A stretch of DNA of 63,990 nucleotides, the filler included, from Craspedostauros australis (Eukaryota), in NCBI GenBank assembly GCA_030167865.1. It is 14 parts of 14 records of this genome, joined end to end, with 100 filler letters (N's around TTAATTAATTAA, not from the genome) between each part and the next. Parts side by side here need not be neighbours in the genome. Positions count along the whole stretch, not along the records: positions 49,537 to 52,367 come from JALAGF010005317.1; positions 52,468 to 54,974 come from JALAGF010005319.1; positions 55,075 to 59,138 come from JALAGF010005321.1; positions 59,239 to 62,408 come from JALAGF010005322.1; 10 more parts are not named here. One strand, written 5' to 3'. The first letter of the stretch is position 1; each line of letters begins with the position of its first letter. The notes beneath the pieces were generated by a model that was given only the letters and a program-made list of their open reading frames with translations, was not told the origin of the DNA and ran no database searches. Shown here one piece after another: positions 50,692 to 62,508 of this stretch. The position numbers and the translations under genes were made by a program.

Positions 50692-52726
50692 CGCCCAGCT
50701 CATTCCGTGGGTCCAAGCCATGCACCAAGGCCTTGGAGGCAATGTGTCACCAGCCACAGCAGTGCTTGTGAACTGGAGATGGAACTATAGGCGGATCGCA
50801 CCCTGAGACAATTCCCCTGCCACCACAACATCGCCAGCAAACAGACCTGCCCAATGGACACAGCCCTCTCTCCCAACATGATCATAATACTGACACATCC
50901 GTTCCCACTACATGCAGACATTGAGAATAAACAAGGCAGAATCAAAGCGCCCACCACCCCCACACCCACCCAACAACTAAAAACAAAGGCAAAACAAAAC
51001 CCCCCCCCCCCCCCCCTCCCCAGCGCATAACTTAATAGTTATAATCAGTGAGGTATATATATGACACCATCATTTTGAACCTCAGGAGTAGAGCATTGAT
51101 GAAGCATTGAAGTGACTGTAGTCTTCTGGGTGGTAGTGAGGAAGCTGGGGGAGGGAAATGGTGGAACCCTCCCGCTCATCATCACTTTGGAGCAAGGGTG
51201 TTCAGTTTACATATTGGCTTGCGTCACGTCCTACAGTAGAGTTCGTTCTCAAAAGAATTTGTCTACATGATGTCTACATGCGTGATATGTGTATGATGCA
51301 GGTTCACATTCAAAATGAGATGATTGTTCGCTTGATTTCGTCGTTGACACTATCAAACGTCATCATTTGATTCTCAGTCCAATCATTTTGGCTCGCTCTC
51401 CTAATGTTTCGGTGCGACGGTCATGAAGCACGCCTGCCAGATGCAACCAATTCGGCGCGTCTTTTGGTGAGACAGGAACGGGAACAGAAACGGAACCACA
51501 CGATCGTCAATTCAGTCTGGTGCTATGTACATGGCAGAACATCCGTCTGTACGCATGACCTCCAAACTGTCAATCAGTAGGAAACACAACGATTGGATCA
51601 AAATAATTCGAATATTTTCCAGCACGAGTCAAACAGAGAACGCACGAAAGAAGCACATGCAAAGGATGATTCATGTTTAACGTTGATATTATCTCGTTGT
51701 CCCAAAAAGATCAATCTTGTCTTGTTTGACATCTTCGAAGATCAACAAAAAGGTTTCAAGGCTTCTCGCTACTTAGCGCTAGCGTCTCTCTTTGGAATCC
51801 ACCAGAAACCACCAGCTGGCAACTGTNNNNNNNNNNNNNNNNNNNNNNNNNNNNNNNNNNNNNNNNNNNNNNNNNNGCTGGGGGAGGGAAATGGTGGAAC
51901 CCTCCCGCTCATCATCACTTTGGAGCAAGGGTGTTCAGTTTACATATTGGCTTGCGTCACATCCTACAATAGAGTTCGTCCTCAAAAGAACTTGTCTACA
52001 TGATTTCTACATGCGTGATACGTGTATGATGCAGGTTCACATTCAAAATGAGATGATTGTTCACTTGATTTCGTCGTTGACACTATCAAACGTCATCATN
52101 TGATTCTCNGTCCAATCATTTCGNCNCGCTCTCCTNANGTTTCGTTGCGACNGTCATGAAGCACGCCTGCCAGATGCAACCAATTCGACGCGTCTTTTGG
52201 TGGGACAGGAACGGGAACAGAAACGGAACCACACGAGCGTCAATTCATTCTGGTGCTATGTACATAGCAGAACATCCGTCTGCACGCATGACCCCCAAAC
52301 TGTCGATCAGTAGGAAACGCAACGATTGGATCAAAATAATTCGAATATTTTCCAGCACGAGTCAAACNNNNNNNNNNNNNNNNNNNNNNNNNNNNNNNNN
52401 NNNNNNNNNNNTTAATTAATTAANNNNNNNNNNNNNNNNNNNNNNNNNNNNNNNNNNNNNNNNNNNNGGCGAGGCCTCCGGATTGAGCTCTTCACACTTG
52501 CTTCTGCCGTTGCCTCTGGATTGAGCTCTTCACACTTGCTTCGCTGTTGCCGCGGTTGTTTGGACTTCAACCACGAAGATTGGCTGGAGAGGTGTCTCAA
52601 ACGCGCAACGAAATACAAATCAAATGCATGCCGACACAAAATAAACTAACAAACAAACTCACAAACTCACAAAACTAACGAACAAACACAGCATAATCAT
52701 CCTCCCACAGAAAGTGTTTCGTCACC

Positions 52727-54974
52727 ATGGATAAACAACCCTATTGTGTGGACCCGAAGAGCTCCACGGCTGTGCAAGCACAGCGCGATGTTGTCTCTGT
52801 CAACGACATCGAAGCTGGCACCACCAAGGCCAACACCATCATCACTGAGCACGAGATCATCCACAAGTCCATCCAAACCAAGTCCTTCATCGAACACATC
52901 AAGTACATCGTCGAACTCAAGTCCGACACTGTCTTCTCCACCTGGTACAATGAAAAAGGCAAGGCAACCAACAACTACACCTTCCAGCAGCTCTGGGATG
53001 AAGCAGGACACTGCGCCCACCTCCTTCGCAACAAATGGGGCGCCAAGAAAGATGACCGTGTCGTCCTCTGCTACGACTTCGGACTCCACTTCTTCGCCGT
53101 GTTCGTGGGATGTCTCCGTGCAGGAGTGACAGCTGTCCTGGTCTACCCTCCCGGACCACCGCTCGTCAAGTCTCTCACCAAGATGAACAAGGTCATCGAG
53201 GATTGTGCACCGGCACTCATCCTCACCCAAACATCCATCAACTTGTTCCGCGCTGCCGATCGCGCCAACCCGGCATCCAAGAGCCGCTCCTTGTGGCCGA
53301 GCGGGGTCAAGTACAAAGTCACCGATCGCATCATTCGCCATGATCCGTTCATCGCCAACAAGACCAACAGCAAGAACAAGCAAGCCAAGAATGGCTTCCT
53401 TTCCAGCCTCATGTCCGGCCGCTCATCGTCGTCGCCACCTTCATTCGATGAACCCAACATCAAAGGTTCGGACCTCGCCTTCCTCCAGTACACATCTGGA
53501 AGCACGGGCAACCCCAAGGGCGTCATGGTGACCCACACCGCCCTGAGAGCCAACATTGAACTGTTTCACAGCTTTTCCCTCACATGCCTTGAAAAAGGTG
53601 CAAACGAGACGCAGCTCTCGGAGCGATTTACCACCGTTTCATGGTTGCCCCAGTACCACGACATGGGCCTCATTCAAATGGTGATTGTGCCGCTGGCATC
53701 GAATTCCCGAGTCCACATGATATCCCCTGTCACATTCATCCGCAACCCGTTGCTCTGGGTCGACCTCATGTCCCAGCACAAATGCCATTTCAGCGCCGCC
53801 CCTGACTTCGGTTATCGGCTGGTCACCCGCAAGTACAACGAGGCCGTGGAGAGCCCCAAAGGGAAGACTAATCCCATCCCCAACCTGGACCTCTCAAGTG
53901 TGCTTCATCTCCAGAACGCCGCTGAACCAATCCGGCTTGACACCGAGAAGAACTTCGCCGATGCATTCGGCCAGTACAACTTGCGCAAGGGCTGGTTCCT
54001 CGCAGGGTACGGACTGGCGGAGAACGTCGTCGGAGTCAGCTACAACCCTGGCTTCCATCTCTCAACCATCCGCGANNNNNNNNNNNNNNNNNNNNNNNNN
54101 NNNNNNNNNNNNNNNNNNNNNNNNNGGCGGAGAACGTCGTCGGAGTCAGCTACAACCCTGGCTTCCATCTCTCAACCATCCGCGAAGGTGAAGATCTCCA
54201 GCCGTTTGTGGCTATCGCCCAGCGCAGCAATCTGCACAGCTCCATCGATATCATCATCGTGGACCCGGACACTCGCGTGCAACGCCCAGACAACGTCACT
54301 GGGGAGATCTGGATCGCGGGAGCGTCCGTTGCCGCTGGATACTACAATCAGCCACAGCTCAGCAAGGAGACCTTCCAAGCCACGCTGCGAGTGGAGGGTG
54401 ATTCATCGTCCGATGCCGATGCCAGTGCCGATGGTAAGATGTACTTGCGCACAGGTGACTACGGATTCTATCAAGGCGGCTACCTCTACATCTGCGGCCG
54501 CAAGAAGGACATCATCATCGTCAACGGTGTCAACTACTATCCCCAAGACATCGAGCATGCCGTCGAGGAGGCATCGTCCGCTGTCCGTCCAGGTTGCGTG
54601 GCCGCCTTCTCGTCCAACGATTCGGGCGACGATGGGCAGCTGGAGATCGTCTTCGAGATCCGAGCTAGCCACGCGAAGGATGCCGAGACGGTCTGCCAAC
54701 AGGTCAGGAGGAACGTCATCTCACAGATCGGATTGACACCGGCAACAGTCGCAGCCGTGGAAGAGCGATCCATCTCCAAAACGACGAGCGGAAAGATCCA
54801 GAGACGCCAAAATCGCCAGCGTCTCCATGAAGGAACGCAGAAGACGGTGCTGGATGTCATCGGAAAATCGAACTTCTTCAGTTCGCACGACAGCAATCTT
54901 GCAAGTCAATCCAAGCGATTCTCGATGAGAAAGTCCATCATCGAGAACGTCAACATCGAAGAGATGGACTTCTA
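52727..54974 (+). CDS. Fatty acyl-AMP ligase (FAAL)-type adenylation domain protein, 3' truncated
   Basis: AFLQYTSGSTGNPKGVMVTH, SWLPQYHDMGLI, YGLAE, GEIWIAGASVAAGYY, YLRTGD, GRKKDIIIVNGVNYYPQDIE, KTTSGKIQR; frame switch lies in the gap at 54076-54125. Confidence 0.92.
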
Positions 54975-55174
54975 NNNNNNNNNNNNNNNNNNNNNNNNNN
55001 NNNNNNNNNNNNNNNNNNTTAATTAATTAANNNNNNNNNNNNNNNNNNNNNNNNNNNNNNNNNNNNNNNNNNNNGCAACGAGACAACGACGATGCGACGT
55101 TCCTTTCACCACCCAGCAGTCGTTTCGAAACGTCCAAGAACAAGAAGAATGCCTCGTTTCTTGATATTCCCAAG

Positions 55175-56089
55175 ATGCCGATGCGACGGGAGTCGCCAAG
55201 GACGCCCAGGTTGGCATTCTTATCGAAGGATGCAACGCACAGCACATCGCTCATGGGTCAGGAACGTTGGTCCGCATCCTCCGCATCGACGTCACCCCCG
55301 TCACAGGGCAAGGGACTTCGCAACGCCAGATTGCGGCAAACAACACCTCCCGAACAACCAAGGCTGCCGGATCCGGATGTGGAGCGCAGGAGGCGATTGN
55401 TGCGCAAGGCGCATTTGCAATCGACGGAGTCCACCTCGTCATCGCAGTCGTCATCGCAGTCGTCATCACCGGAGGTTGGCAAGAGGATCGCCAGCCCGAC
55501 TATGAACATTGGACATCCATCTCTCCCCGCGGCAACAGCAACAGAGCCCAGCATCCCGAAGAGCGTGAAGTTCGGAGACATCGAAATCCTGGAATTGCCG
55601 CTGATCGTCGGCGACAATCCCAGCGTCCGCGACGGATGTCCCATCACGGTGGATTGGGAGTGCCAGAATCGCACCTCGTGCAATTTGAAATTGTTTGAGC
55701 AGTTCCGTCTGCCATCCCGCAAGCCCAAGGTGGAACGCATCCCATCATCGTCGCGCGTGCAATTGCTGCGCAAGAATGGCGTCTCGGATCAAGAGATGGC
55801 GTTGGCATGCTTCGAGGTCACGCGCGCCAAGAGGGAACGTCAGGAGACCCTTCGAGTGTTGCAGCAATCCCACGCCGAGTCGTTGCAAGCATCGTCGGAT
55901 CGATGGAACGCCACGCGCATCGACGGAGCCTACGAAGAGAAGATGAACGACGCGCCGCTGGATATGCCCATCACGACGTCGTCCACGCCGTCATCGCCAA
56001 CTTCGCATGAACTGTTATCCGTGACAACCGATTCCGGTTTGCCCAAAGCTGGACGACAACATGATCTTGTGGAGATACTGAATCGGTAG
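55175..56089 (+). CDS. Diatom-type protein of unknown function with SVxF...GDNPSV..GxP...W motif
   Basis: KSVKFGDIEILELPLIVGDNPSVRDGCPITVDW in a Ser-rich context; start uncertain. Confidence 0.65.
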   Translation: MPMRRESPRTPRLAFLSKDATHSTSLMGQERWSASSASTSPPSQGKGLRNARLRQTTPPEQPRLPDPDVERRRRLXRKAHLQSTESTSSSQSSSQSSSPEVGKRIASPTMNIGHPSLPAATATEPSIPKSVKFGDIEILELPLIVGDNPSVRDGCPITVDWECQNRTSCNLKLFEQFRLPSRKPKVERIPSSSRVQLLRKNGVSDQEMALACFEVTRAKRERQETLRVLQQSHAESLQASSDRWNATRIDGAYEEKMNDAPLDMPITTSSTPSSPTSHELLSVTTDSGLPKAGRQHDLVEILNR

Positions 56090-56558
56090 AGTGGCCGTAG
56101 TTCATTGTTTTGTTCTAGTATCGTGCTCCTCTACTGTAGAGTATATCGCATTGTATCATACGTACAGAGCAGTACGGGTCGTGGGAGCGCATTGTGCGAC
56201 AACAGCGAGAGACTGCGGTGCTCGACCATCGTGGACGAGCATCACCGTACCACTCTCACTTGGATCGGTTGGGTGGTAGATGCGCGCTCCAGTAGTATCA
56301 TTGTGTGTCTGCTCCCTGTTGCCACCCTCAAGATGCTACCATCCGTGCTTCCCATGCCCAACACGCTCGACGCACTCATCGTCACCGTTCGTTAATGTGG
56401 TGGTGACTGATGATGTTTCCATCCAGAAGTGCTGTGCACGGCCCATCGCAGATCGGCACGAACGGCGATCTCAATCGAATGACGCGGCGCCTTCCAACCG
56501 CATCAGGAGTGCCGCATCCAAAGTCGTGCAGATGGCCGCCACGATTCCAACAACATCT

Positions 56559-57518
56559 TCATGCAGCATTGATGTCACAGCACTTGTTCCATTGGTCGAT
56601 CTGTAGGCGCACAGCTTCGACAAGCGCATGGACCGGTGCGCACAAATGAGCGCTCCTGGCTTTCCAGGTCTGCCTCGGTCTCTTGTTTCTGGCGCTCTCA
56701 GCGACCATGTCGTTGCCCAGGTACACGAAGGAATGATTCACACCAGAGATTGCTGACAGCGTTCCAAAGTACCGCGTCCGGCCGTATCCAGTTGGGAACA
56801 CCTCGATGACTGCGCTGCATCGGTGCATAAAAAAGATGCCGGTGAGCAACGCACCATGCGCAGACACAAGGATATCGACGTTGTTGAAGGCTTCGATTTG
56901 CTGCTGAAACGAGAGCGTCTCGAACAAGAGAACCGGTGGCGTGTACCTCAACTTGAACTGATCCCGCAGATGGCTGGCCATGGTGTGCGCGCCGATCAAC
57001 GATCGCGTCTCAACGCGAGTGGCGATGGCGATGCGGGGTTGACGCATCTCGGTGATGGTCTCGCCCGCCGTCCCATTGCTCGCGGCAGCTGCGGTTCCAT
57101 CGCTCAACAGATAGGGAGAACAGTATGCATTGCTGTATCCATCCAGCCCGAATGCTGTCAGCACACTGTGTCTCAAACTTGGAATATCACCTTCGTGCGC
57201 CGTCGCGAATCCCTGAAAATCGGCGGCCGGCGTCTCCACCAAGACCGTTTCTTCCATGTTGGATGCTTGGTTTTGCACGAAGTCGTCGACGGTGGTTTGG
57301 AGGATGGAGACGCCACTTGCNTGCAGCACTTGGATCATGCCCCTGCTAAACGTGGAAGCGTTGGAGAACTTTGCGTAATCCTCTTGACGCAAGATCAAGA
57401 CATGTGCCGCGTTCGGAAAGTGTTGCCACAGCGACCAGCAGGAGACAGTGTGCTGCGTCTGATGTGGGAAGTGGTAATAGAGCCCAAACGTAATGGCTGT
57501 TGTCTTGTTGGCTGTTCT
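56559..57518 (-). CDS. GT61 (DUF563/EOGT-like) glycosyltransferase, 5' incomplete
   Basis: LSFQQQIEAFNNVDILVSAHGALLTGIFFM..SAVIEVFP; the frame extends upstream through YYHFPH to a stop at 57519-57521. Confidence 0.85.
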   Translation of the reverse strand, partial: RTANKTTAITFGLYYHFPHQTQHTVSCWSLWQHFPNAAHVLILRQEDYAKFSNASTFSRGMIQVLXASGVSILQTTVDDFVQNQASNMEETVLVETPAADFQGFATAHEGDIPSLRHSVLTAFGLDGYSNAYCSPYLLSDGTAAAASNGTAGETITEMRQPRIAIATRVETRSLIGAHTMASHLRDQFKLRYTPPVLLFETLSFQQQIEAFNNVDILVSAHGALLTGIFFMHRCSAVIEVFPTGYGRTRYFGTLSAISGVNHSFVYLGNDMVAESARNKRPRQTWKARSAHLCAPVHALVEAVRLQIDQWNKCCDINAA

Positions 57519-57762
57519 TTAGCTGTAGGCAGAGGCTTGACTGGCAAGCGATCCGGNNNNNNNNNNNNNNNNNNNNNNNNNNNNNNNNNNNNNNNNNNNN
57601 NNNNNNNNNNNNNNNNNNNNNNNNNNNNNNNNNNNNNNNNNNNNNNNNNNNNNNNNNNNNNNNNNNNNNNNNNNNNNNNNNNNNNNNNNNNNNNNNNNNN
57701 NNNNNNNNNNNNNNNNNNNNNNNNNNNNNNNNNNNNNNNNNNNNNNNNNNNNNNNNNNNNNN

Positions 57763-59137
57763 GTGTAGCCCAAGTACCGTGGGTCAAGATCCGTCGTCTG
57801 GGTTCTGTGAGAGACAATGGGCGATGATGCTCGTTGTTGTGGCTTTAGTTCCGTGCGTCGGTGGTTTGGCGATGGAAGGTGTCAGAAGCTTGGTTATCGG
57901 AACCCCATTGGTTCCCTGACACGAATTCCGAAGATCCGCTTCAAGGTTCTGGATCTGTCTCCAAACGTGGGGTNNNNNNNNNNNNNNNNNNNNNNNNNNN
58001 NNNNNNNNNNNNNNNNNNNNNNNNNNNNNNNNNNNNNNNNNNNNNNNNNNNNNNNNNNNNNNNNNNNNNNNNNNNNNNNNNNNNNNNNNNNNNNNNNNNN
58101 NNNNNNNNNNNNNNNNNNNNNNNNNNNNNNNNNNNNNNNNNNNNNNNNNNNNNNNNNNNNNNNNNNNNNNNNNNNNNNNNNNNNNNNNNNNNNNNNNNNN
58201 NNNNNNNTGGCGGTTGGTGAGCATGGTTTCCAATGCCTCATTCAACGAGGAGGTGATGCTGACCTGCTGGACTTGGTTGATGTGGTCAAACCCTCCACGG
58301 AAAAGGATATCAGCGAGGGTTTGGATGACCATAGGTGTCCTCTCGTCGTTTTGGAGGACGGCCTTGATCTGAGCTGTGGGGTCGTGGGGCATCTGGAACA
58401 TGGATGGTTGCATCATCGCTGGTCCATGGTTGCTGGACATGATGTATCCAGACCGAAGACGTCGTGGCGATGGGTATGCGATCGCTGGTCGGGGCTCCGT
58501 CCGGGCCCTCTTGTTAGCGTTGCTGGTCTCCGGAGTGTTGGGAGTCAATGGTAGGGGATGGTTCAGGATGGGAAAACTGCGAGTGTTGGCGTTCGCATCT
58601 TCATTGTGGATCACAGGTGCCGGGTACGCGGTTGCTACCGGTACGTCATCGTCGATTGGTTCCTCCGGTAGTGTAGGAGGCTCTGGTTGTTCGTCCTGGG
58701 TTATGGGAGGCATCGGCTCTGCTGCCTTGGGAGGATTCTCCACGGCCGTGGTGGGAGCTCTCTTCGCGTTGATGGTCCCACTCGTGGTTTTCTTGGCGGA
58801 CCTGACCTGTTTGATCGTCTTGATTCCCGACATTCCCGAGGAAATGGTGGAGTCCTCGGATTCGTTGAAGAGCCCCTCTCTTTTGGGGCGATTGCTTTGC
58901 TTGCTGCTGGCTCCAGAGCTGGGTCGTCGCGACGCTTGGTTCCGTTTGATCGGCTTGCCTTCTGGTCGGTAGATGGACCCAGAATCGTCACTGTCGCCGG
59001 GCTCTGGGATGGACGCGCTGTCCACGGAATGGTCGGTTGGGATCATGGGCTTTGGGCGTACCTTGTCGGTATACCCTTGTCCATCTCGCGTGGCGGTCAA
59101 GATTTTGGACGCCGGTGATGGTCGTGATGATCGTCTG
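57763..59137 (-). CDS. Probable retroelement gag-like/ORF1 protein, fragmentary
   Basis: Long low-complexity ORF whose first ~50 nt match 5505-5561; no diagnostic motif seen. Confidence 0.35.
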
Positions 59138-59239
59138 ANNNNNNNNNNNNNNNNNNNNNNNNNNNNNNNNNNNNNNNNNNNNTTAATTAATTAANNNNNN
59201 NNNNNNNNNNNNNNNNNNNNNNNNNNNNNNNNNNNNNNA

Positions 59240-60280
59240 ACTTGGCCCACACGCGACGGATACTTCAGGCTTGTCACGACTCTCTTTGGGATAACCGTTG
59301 TGGATGCATGGAGGGCATACCGGTGCCACTTGGCGGGCAAGCACTGACACAAGAATGTGCCTCTCATGGATTTCGTGAACATGATGGTCAAGGACATGCT
59401 CCACAACAACGAAGCCCCTGATCCACCAAGCTCATTTGCCAGGATGAGAAGCGACTAGCCATTGGAAGTGCAATGTGATGGCAATGGTGGCTCCTTGTCT
59501 TTGTTGACAACCGACAGTCTGGCCCATGCGACGACACAGGTGGCTGAGTGGCACCGAGCAGACTTGATCAATGGCCACCACTTGGTAAAGCACCCAGGTA
59601 GATTCCGGAACAGGAAGATTGACCATACAAAGCAGGGGATCGCCAGGTTCATGACGAGAGGGGAACGAGGCAGATGCTATGTGTGCACGAACTCGTCAAG
59701 GTACCATTGCCTGAACTGTCGAACGGGGTCTCCAGGCCAAACTGTTTGGTGCTGCGAAATGAAGGAGTACGACGGAATATTTCNNNNNNNNNNNNNNNNN
59801 NNNNNNNNNNNNNNNNNNNNNNNNNNNNCGCGTAGTTCCACACACCCAGACACCATGACAGATAGTTAAAGAAAGATGAGTGAAGAAGTCTGTGTCACAA
59901 CTCTTTCTATGTTCAATGGATCGTATGCGAAAGCCAATGCAATGCAGGACAGGAAGCGAAACGCCGCAGGGGGAGGGATGATCGGCAGGAAGAAGCGATG
60001 CCACCGGTTTCCAGTGACGGGACCCGACGATATTGGATGTGNNNNNNNNNNNNNNNNNNNNNNNNNNNNNNNNNNNNNNNNNNNNNNNNNNCCAAGTGCG
60101 TATGAGAGAATAGCGGGTGAACGATGCACATATACACGTACATCTTGACGTATACTCACATGTACATCTCGACAGGAGTACGACGGAATATTTCAACGAT
60201 ATTTCGAAATCCATGCAGAGAAACACACAGATTCAAGGTCGCGTAGTTCCACACACCCAGACACCATGACAGATAGTTAA
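59240..60280 (+). pseudogene. piggyBac-like transposase C-terminus with stops
   Basis: WPTRDGYFRLVTTLFGITVVDAWRAY..MDF, then Cys-rich RGRCYVC..CLNC..WCC; TGA at 59345 and TAG near 59456. Confidence 0.6.
60092..60174 (-). mobile_element. Family A terminal fragment
   Basis: Ends ...ATGTACATCTCGACA as at 13662. Confidence 0.8.
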
Positions 60281-60949
60281 AGAAAGATGAGTGAAGAAGT
60301 CTGTGTCACAACTCTTTCTATGTTCAATGGATNNNNNNNNNNNNNNNNNNNNNNNNNNNNNNNNNNNNNNNNNNNNNNNNNNNNNNNNNNNNNNNNNNNN
60401 NNNNNNNNNNNNNNNNNNNNNNNNNNNNNNNGACCCGACGATATTGGATGTGGCAGAACTCAACGAGGAGAAGAGATGTGAACACCAAACTTCGGGGAGG
60501 GATGCAACAGATGCAGGAGAGATAGCTGGTAAAGTTTGGTGTTGGTAGGATTGAGTGAATGTTAATCCGGAGCAAAAGAGTGTGGATGTTGGTGTTTTTT
60601 TTTTTGCAAGTTGGTGCTGTTTCCCTCGTAGCGGCTCCGTAGAGTTGTACCAGGATTCGGCTACTTCGACCCTGTAGCCCCTTGTGGCCCCAAATGGGGG
60701 CGACACAAAAAGCGGATAGGCACTACCGTCCGTTGTGTTTGCCACCGTCGAAAATTTTTTAGTGACTTTTCCGTTTTGCATGTGTGAACAGCACTCTCTT
60801 TTGTCGACTTCCACGCTCCCCTGTTTTTTCCATCTGCGTTCTCAGCGACTTGCCATCCGCTGACAAGATCTCTTCAGTTGGAAAATTGCAAAGTGCTTGT
60901 CATAAAGTCATCAGCTCTCTCCCTCTCTCTACTCTTTTCCATCTCCAGC

Positions 60950-62164
60950 ATGAGCAACCGGACTTGGAACAGCCTTCCTGAGCGCCTTGCCTGCAAGCAT
61001 GCCAGGCTTGCGTTCATCAACGCGGCAACCGACCTCATCGACATGCATGAGGAAGAGATCGATACCGACATGCTATCCAACCTGTGCCATCAATTCGACC
61101 TCGTCATCGACATGGGTGTGCATGTCCTCAACCTGGACCTGAAGTATCTGCTTCCAGCCAAACCTCCACGTGCGCCGATGTCAGCTGAGCTCCGGATTGA
61201 GCAGCTGACGGAGATGCAAGCCGTTTCGCATTTCAGATTCCGCAAGGATGCTTTGCATCGCATCAAGGAGGCACTGTGGCCAAAGTTCCAAGCTGTTTCT
61301 GGTGCTACTGACCCAGAAAACGTAACAGTGAGGAACAGGTACTCCATTGCCTTCGAGACAGGCATGCTGATCATGCTTTACCGCTTGTCGCATCGCGGAA
61401 CTCTCATGGACATGGAGGCTGTCTTNGGTGTCCGATTTGGCAAGATCTCNGCTGTGGCTCTCACCTTCTACGAGTACTTCTACGAAATTGCACTCCCATA
61501 CTTGGTCGACATTTCCTTGTTCACTCCTCGTTTCCCTTCATACGCAGCATACGTCGAACGTGCGACAAATGGTCTGGTGAACAACGTCGTCGGGTTCGTC
61601 GACGGTACCTTGCGCAAGACCTGCCGACCACATCGTTTCCAAGAATTTGCGTACTCCGGACACAAACGCTGCCACGGTATCAAGTTCCAAGGCATCGCAG
61701 CACCCGACGGAATCATGATGCATTACTTCGGTCCCATCTCGGGGAACCGCCATGATGGCTTCATGCTCAGCGAGAGCCGCATCCGAGAGGATATGGCAAT
61801 GCTGATGCCAGTGGATGGGCCGGATCCAGTCTATCGGATCTATGGGGATCCTGCATACAGCAACACGCTGTATGTTTTTGGCGCATACAAGGATACCATT
61901 CCTGGGTCCACAGAGGCCCTCTGCAACAGGGACATGTCCTCTGTGCGCATTTGTGTCGAATGGGCATTTAAGGAGATCGTCAAGCTCTTTCCTCTCCTTG
62001 ATGTGAGGAAGGTCATGCGCATTTATGGCGTGCCTCTCACCCACATACACTATGTTGCTGCATTCTTGACCAACATCCATTGCACTCTCTATGGTAACCA
62101 GCAGTCTGCTCGATTTGATGGGCCCCGCATGACATTTGAGGAGTACATTGCACTGGTGCCATAA
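60950..62164 (+). CDS. PIF/Harbinger DDE transposase (DDE_Tnp_4), apparently intact
   Basis: GFVDGT, YSGHKRCHGIKFQ, GPISGNRHD, IYGDPAY, MSSVRICVEWAF. Confidence 0.93.
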   Translation: MSNRTWNSLPERLACKHARLAFINAATDLIDMHEEEIDTDMLSNLCHQFDLVIDMGVHVLNLDLKYLLPAKPPRAPMSAELRIEQLTEMQAVSHFRFRKDALHRIKEALWPKFQAVSGATDPENVTVRNRYSIAFETGMLIMLYRLSHRGTLMDMEAVXGVRFGKIXAVALTFYEYFYEIALPYLVDISLFTPRFPSYAAYVERATNGLVNNVVGFVDGTLRKTCRPHRFQEFAYSGHKRCHGIKFQGIAAPDGIMMHYFGPISGNRHDGFMLSESRIREDMAMLMPVDGPDPVYRIYGDPAYSNTLYVFGAYKDTIPGSTEALCNRDMSSVRICVEWAFKEIVKLFPLLDVRKVMRIYGVPLTHIHYVAAFLTNIHCTLYGNQQSARFDGPRMTFEEYIALVP

Positions 62165-62508
62165 CTGTGAATACGGTAACCTAAAATAGCAACGCAGAGT
62201 GAACATGTGATCAAAGCCTCGTACACGATTGCTCCAGTTACACTTTCCAACAATTTGTGATTGGAGCATGCAATTATTTGATCAGTGAATTGGAGAATTC
62301 GTGTAAGCTACGATTCTGTTGAATTGATACGATTGTGTTGTATGCTATGATTGTGTTTACAGTTATGACTACGTCTACGCTTGTTGCTGTCACTCCAATC
62401 TATCTATGNNNNNNNNNNNNNNNNNNNNNNNNNNNNNNNNNNNNNNNNNNNNTTAATTAATTAANNNNNNNNNNNNNNNNNNNNNNNNNNNNNNNNNNNN
62501 NNNNNNNN

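Noticed and set aside
51146..52367. ~500-bp direct repeat pair as LTRs of a small element
   Set aside because: The second copy is bounded by gaps with ambiguous bases, and no TSD or PBS is visible; probably allelic or paralogous contigs
188..58972. Long antisense or alternate-frame ORFs over real genes (e.g. 188-1012, 794-1978, 8290-9456, 52697-53383, 56823-57827)
   Set aside because: Shadow ORFs caused by codon bias or N runs, with no recognisable motifs
5947..62508. Recurrent TTAATTAATTAA palindrome, and ORFs ending in ...LIN or ...N
   Set aside because: Artificial concatenation linker inside N runs; adjacency across linkers has no biological meaning
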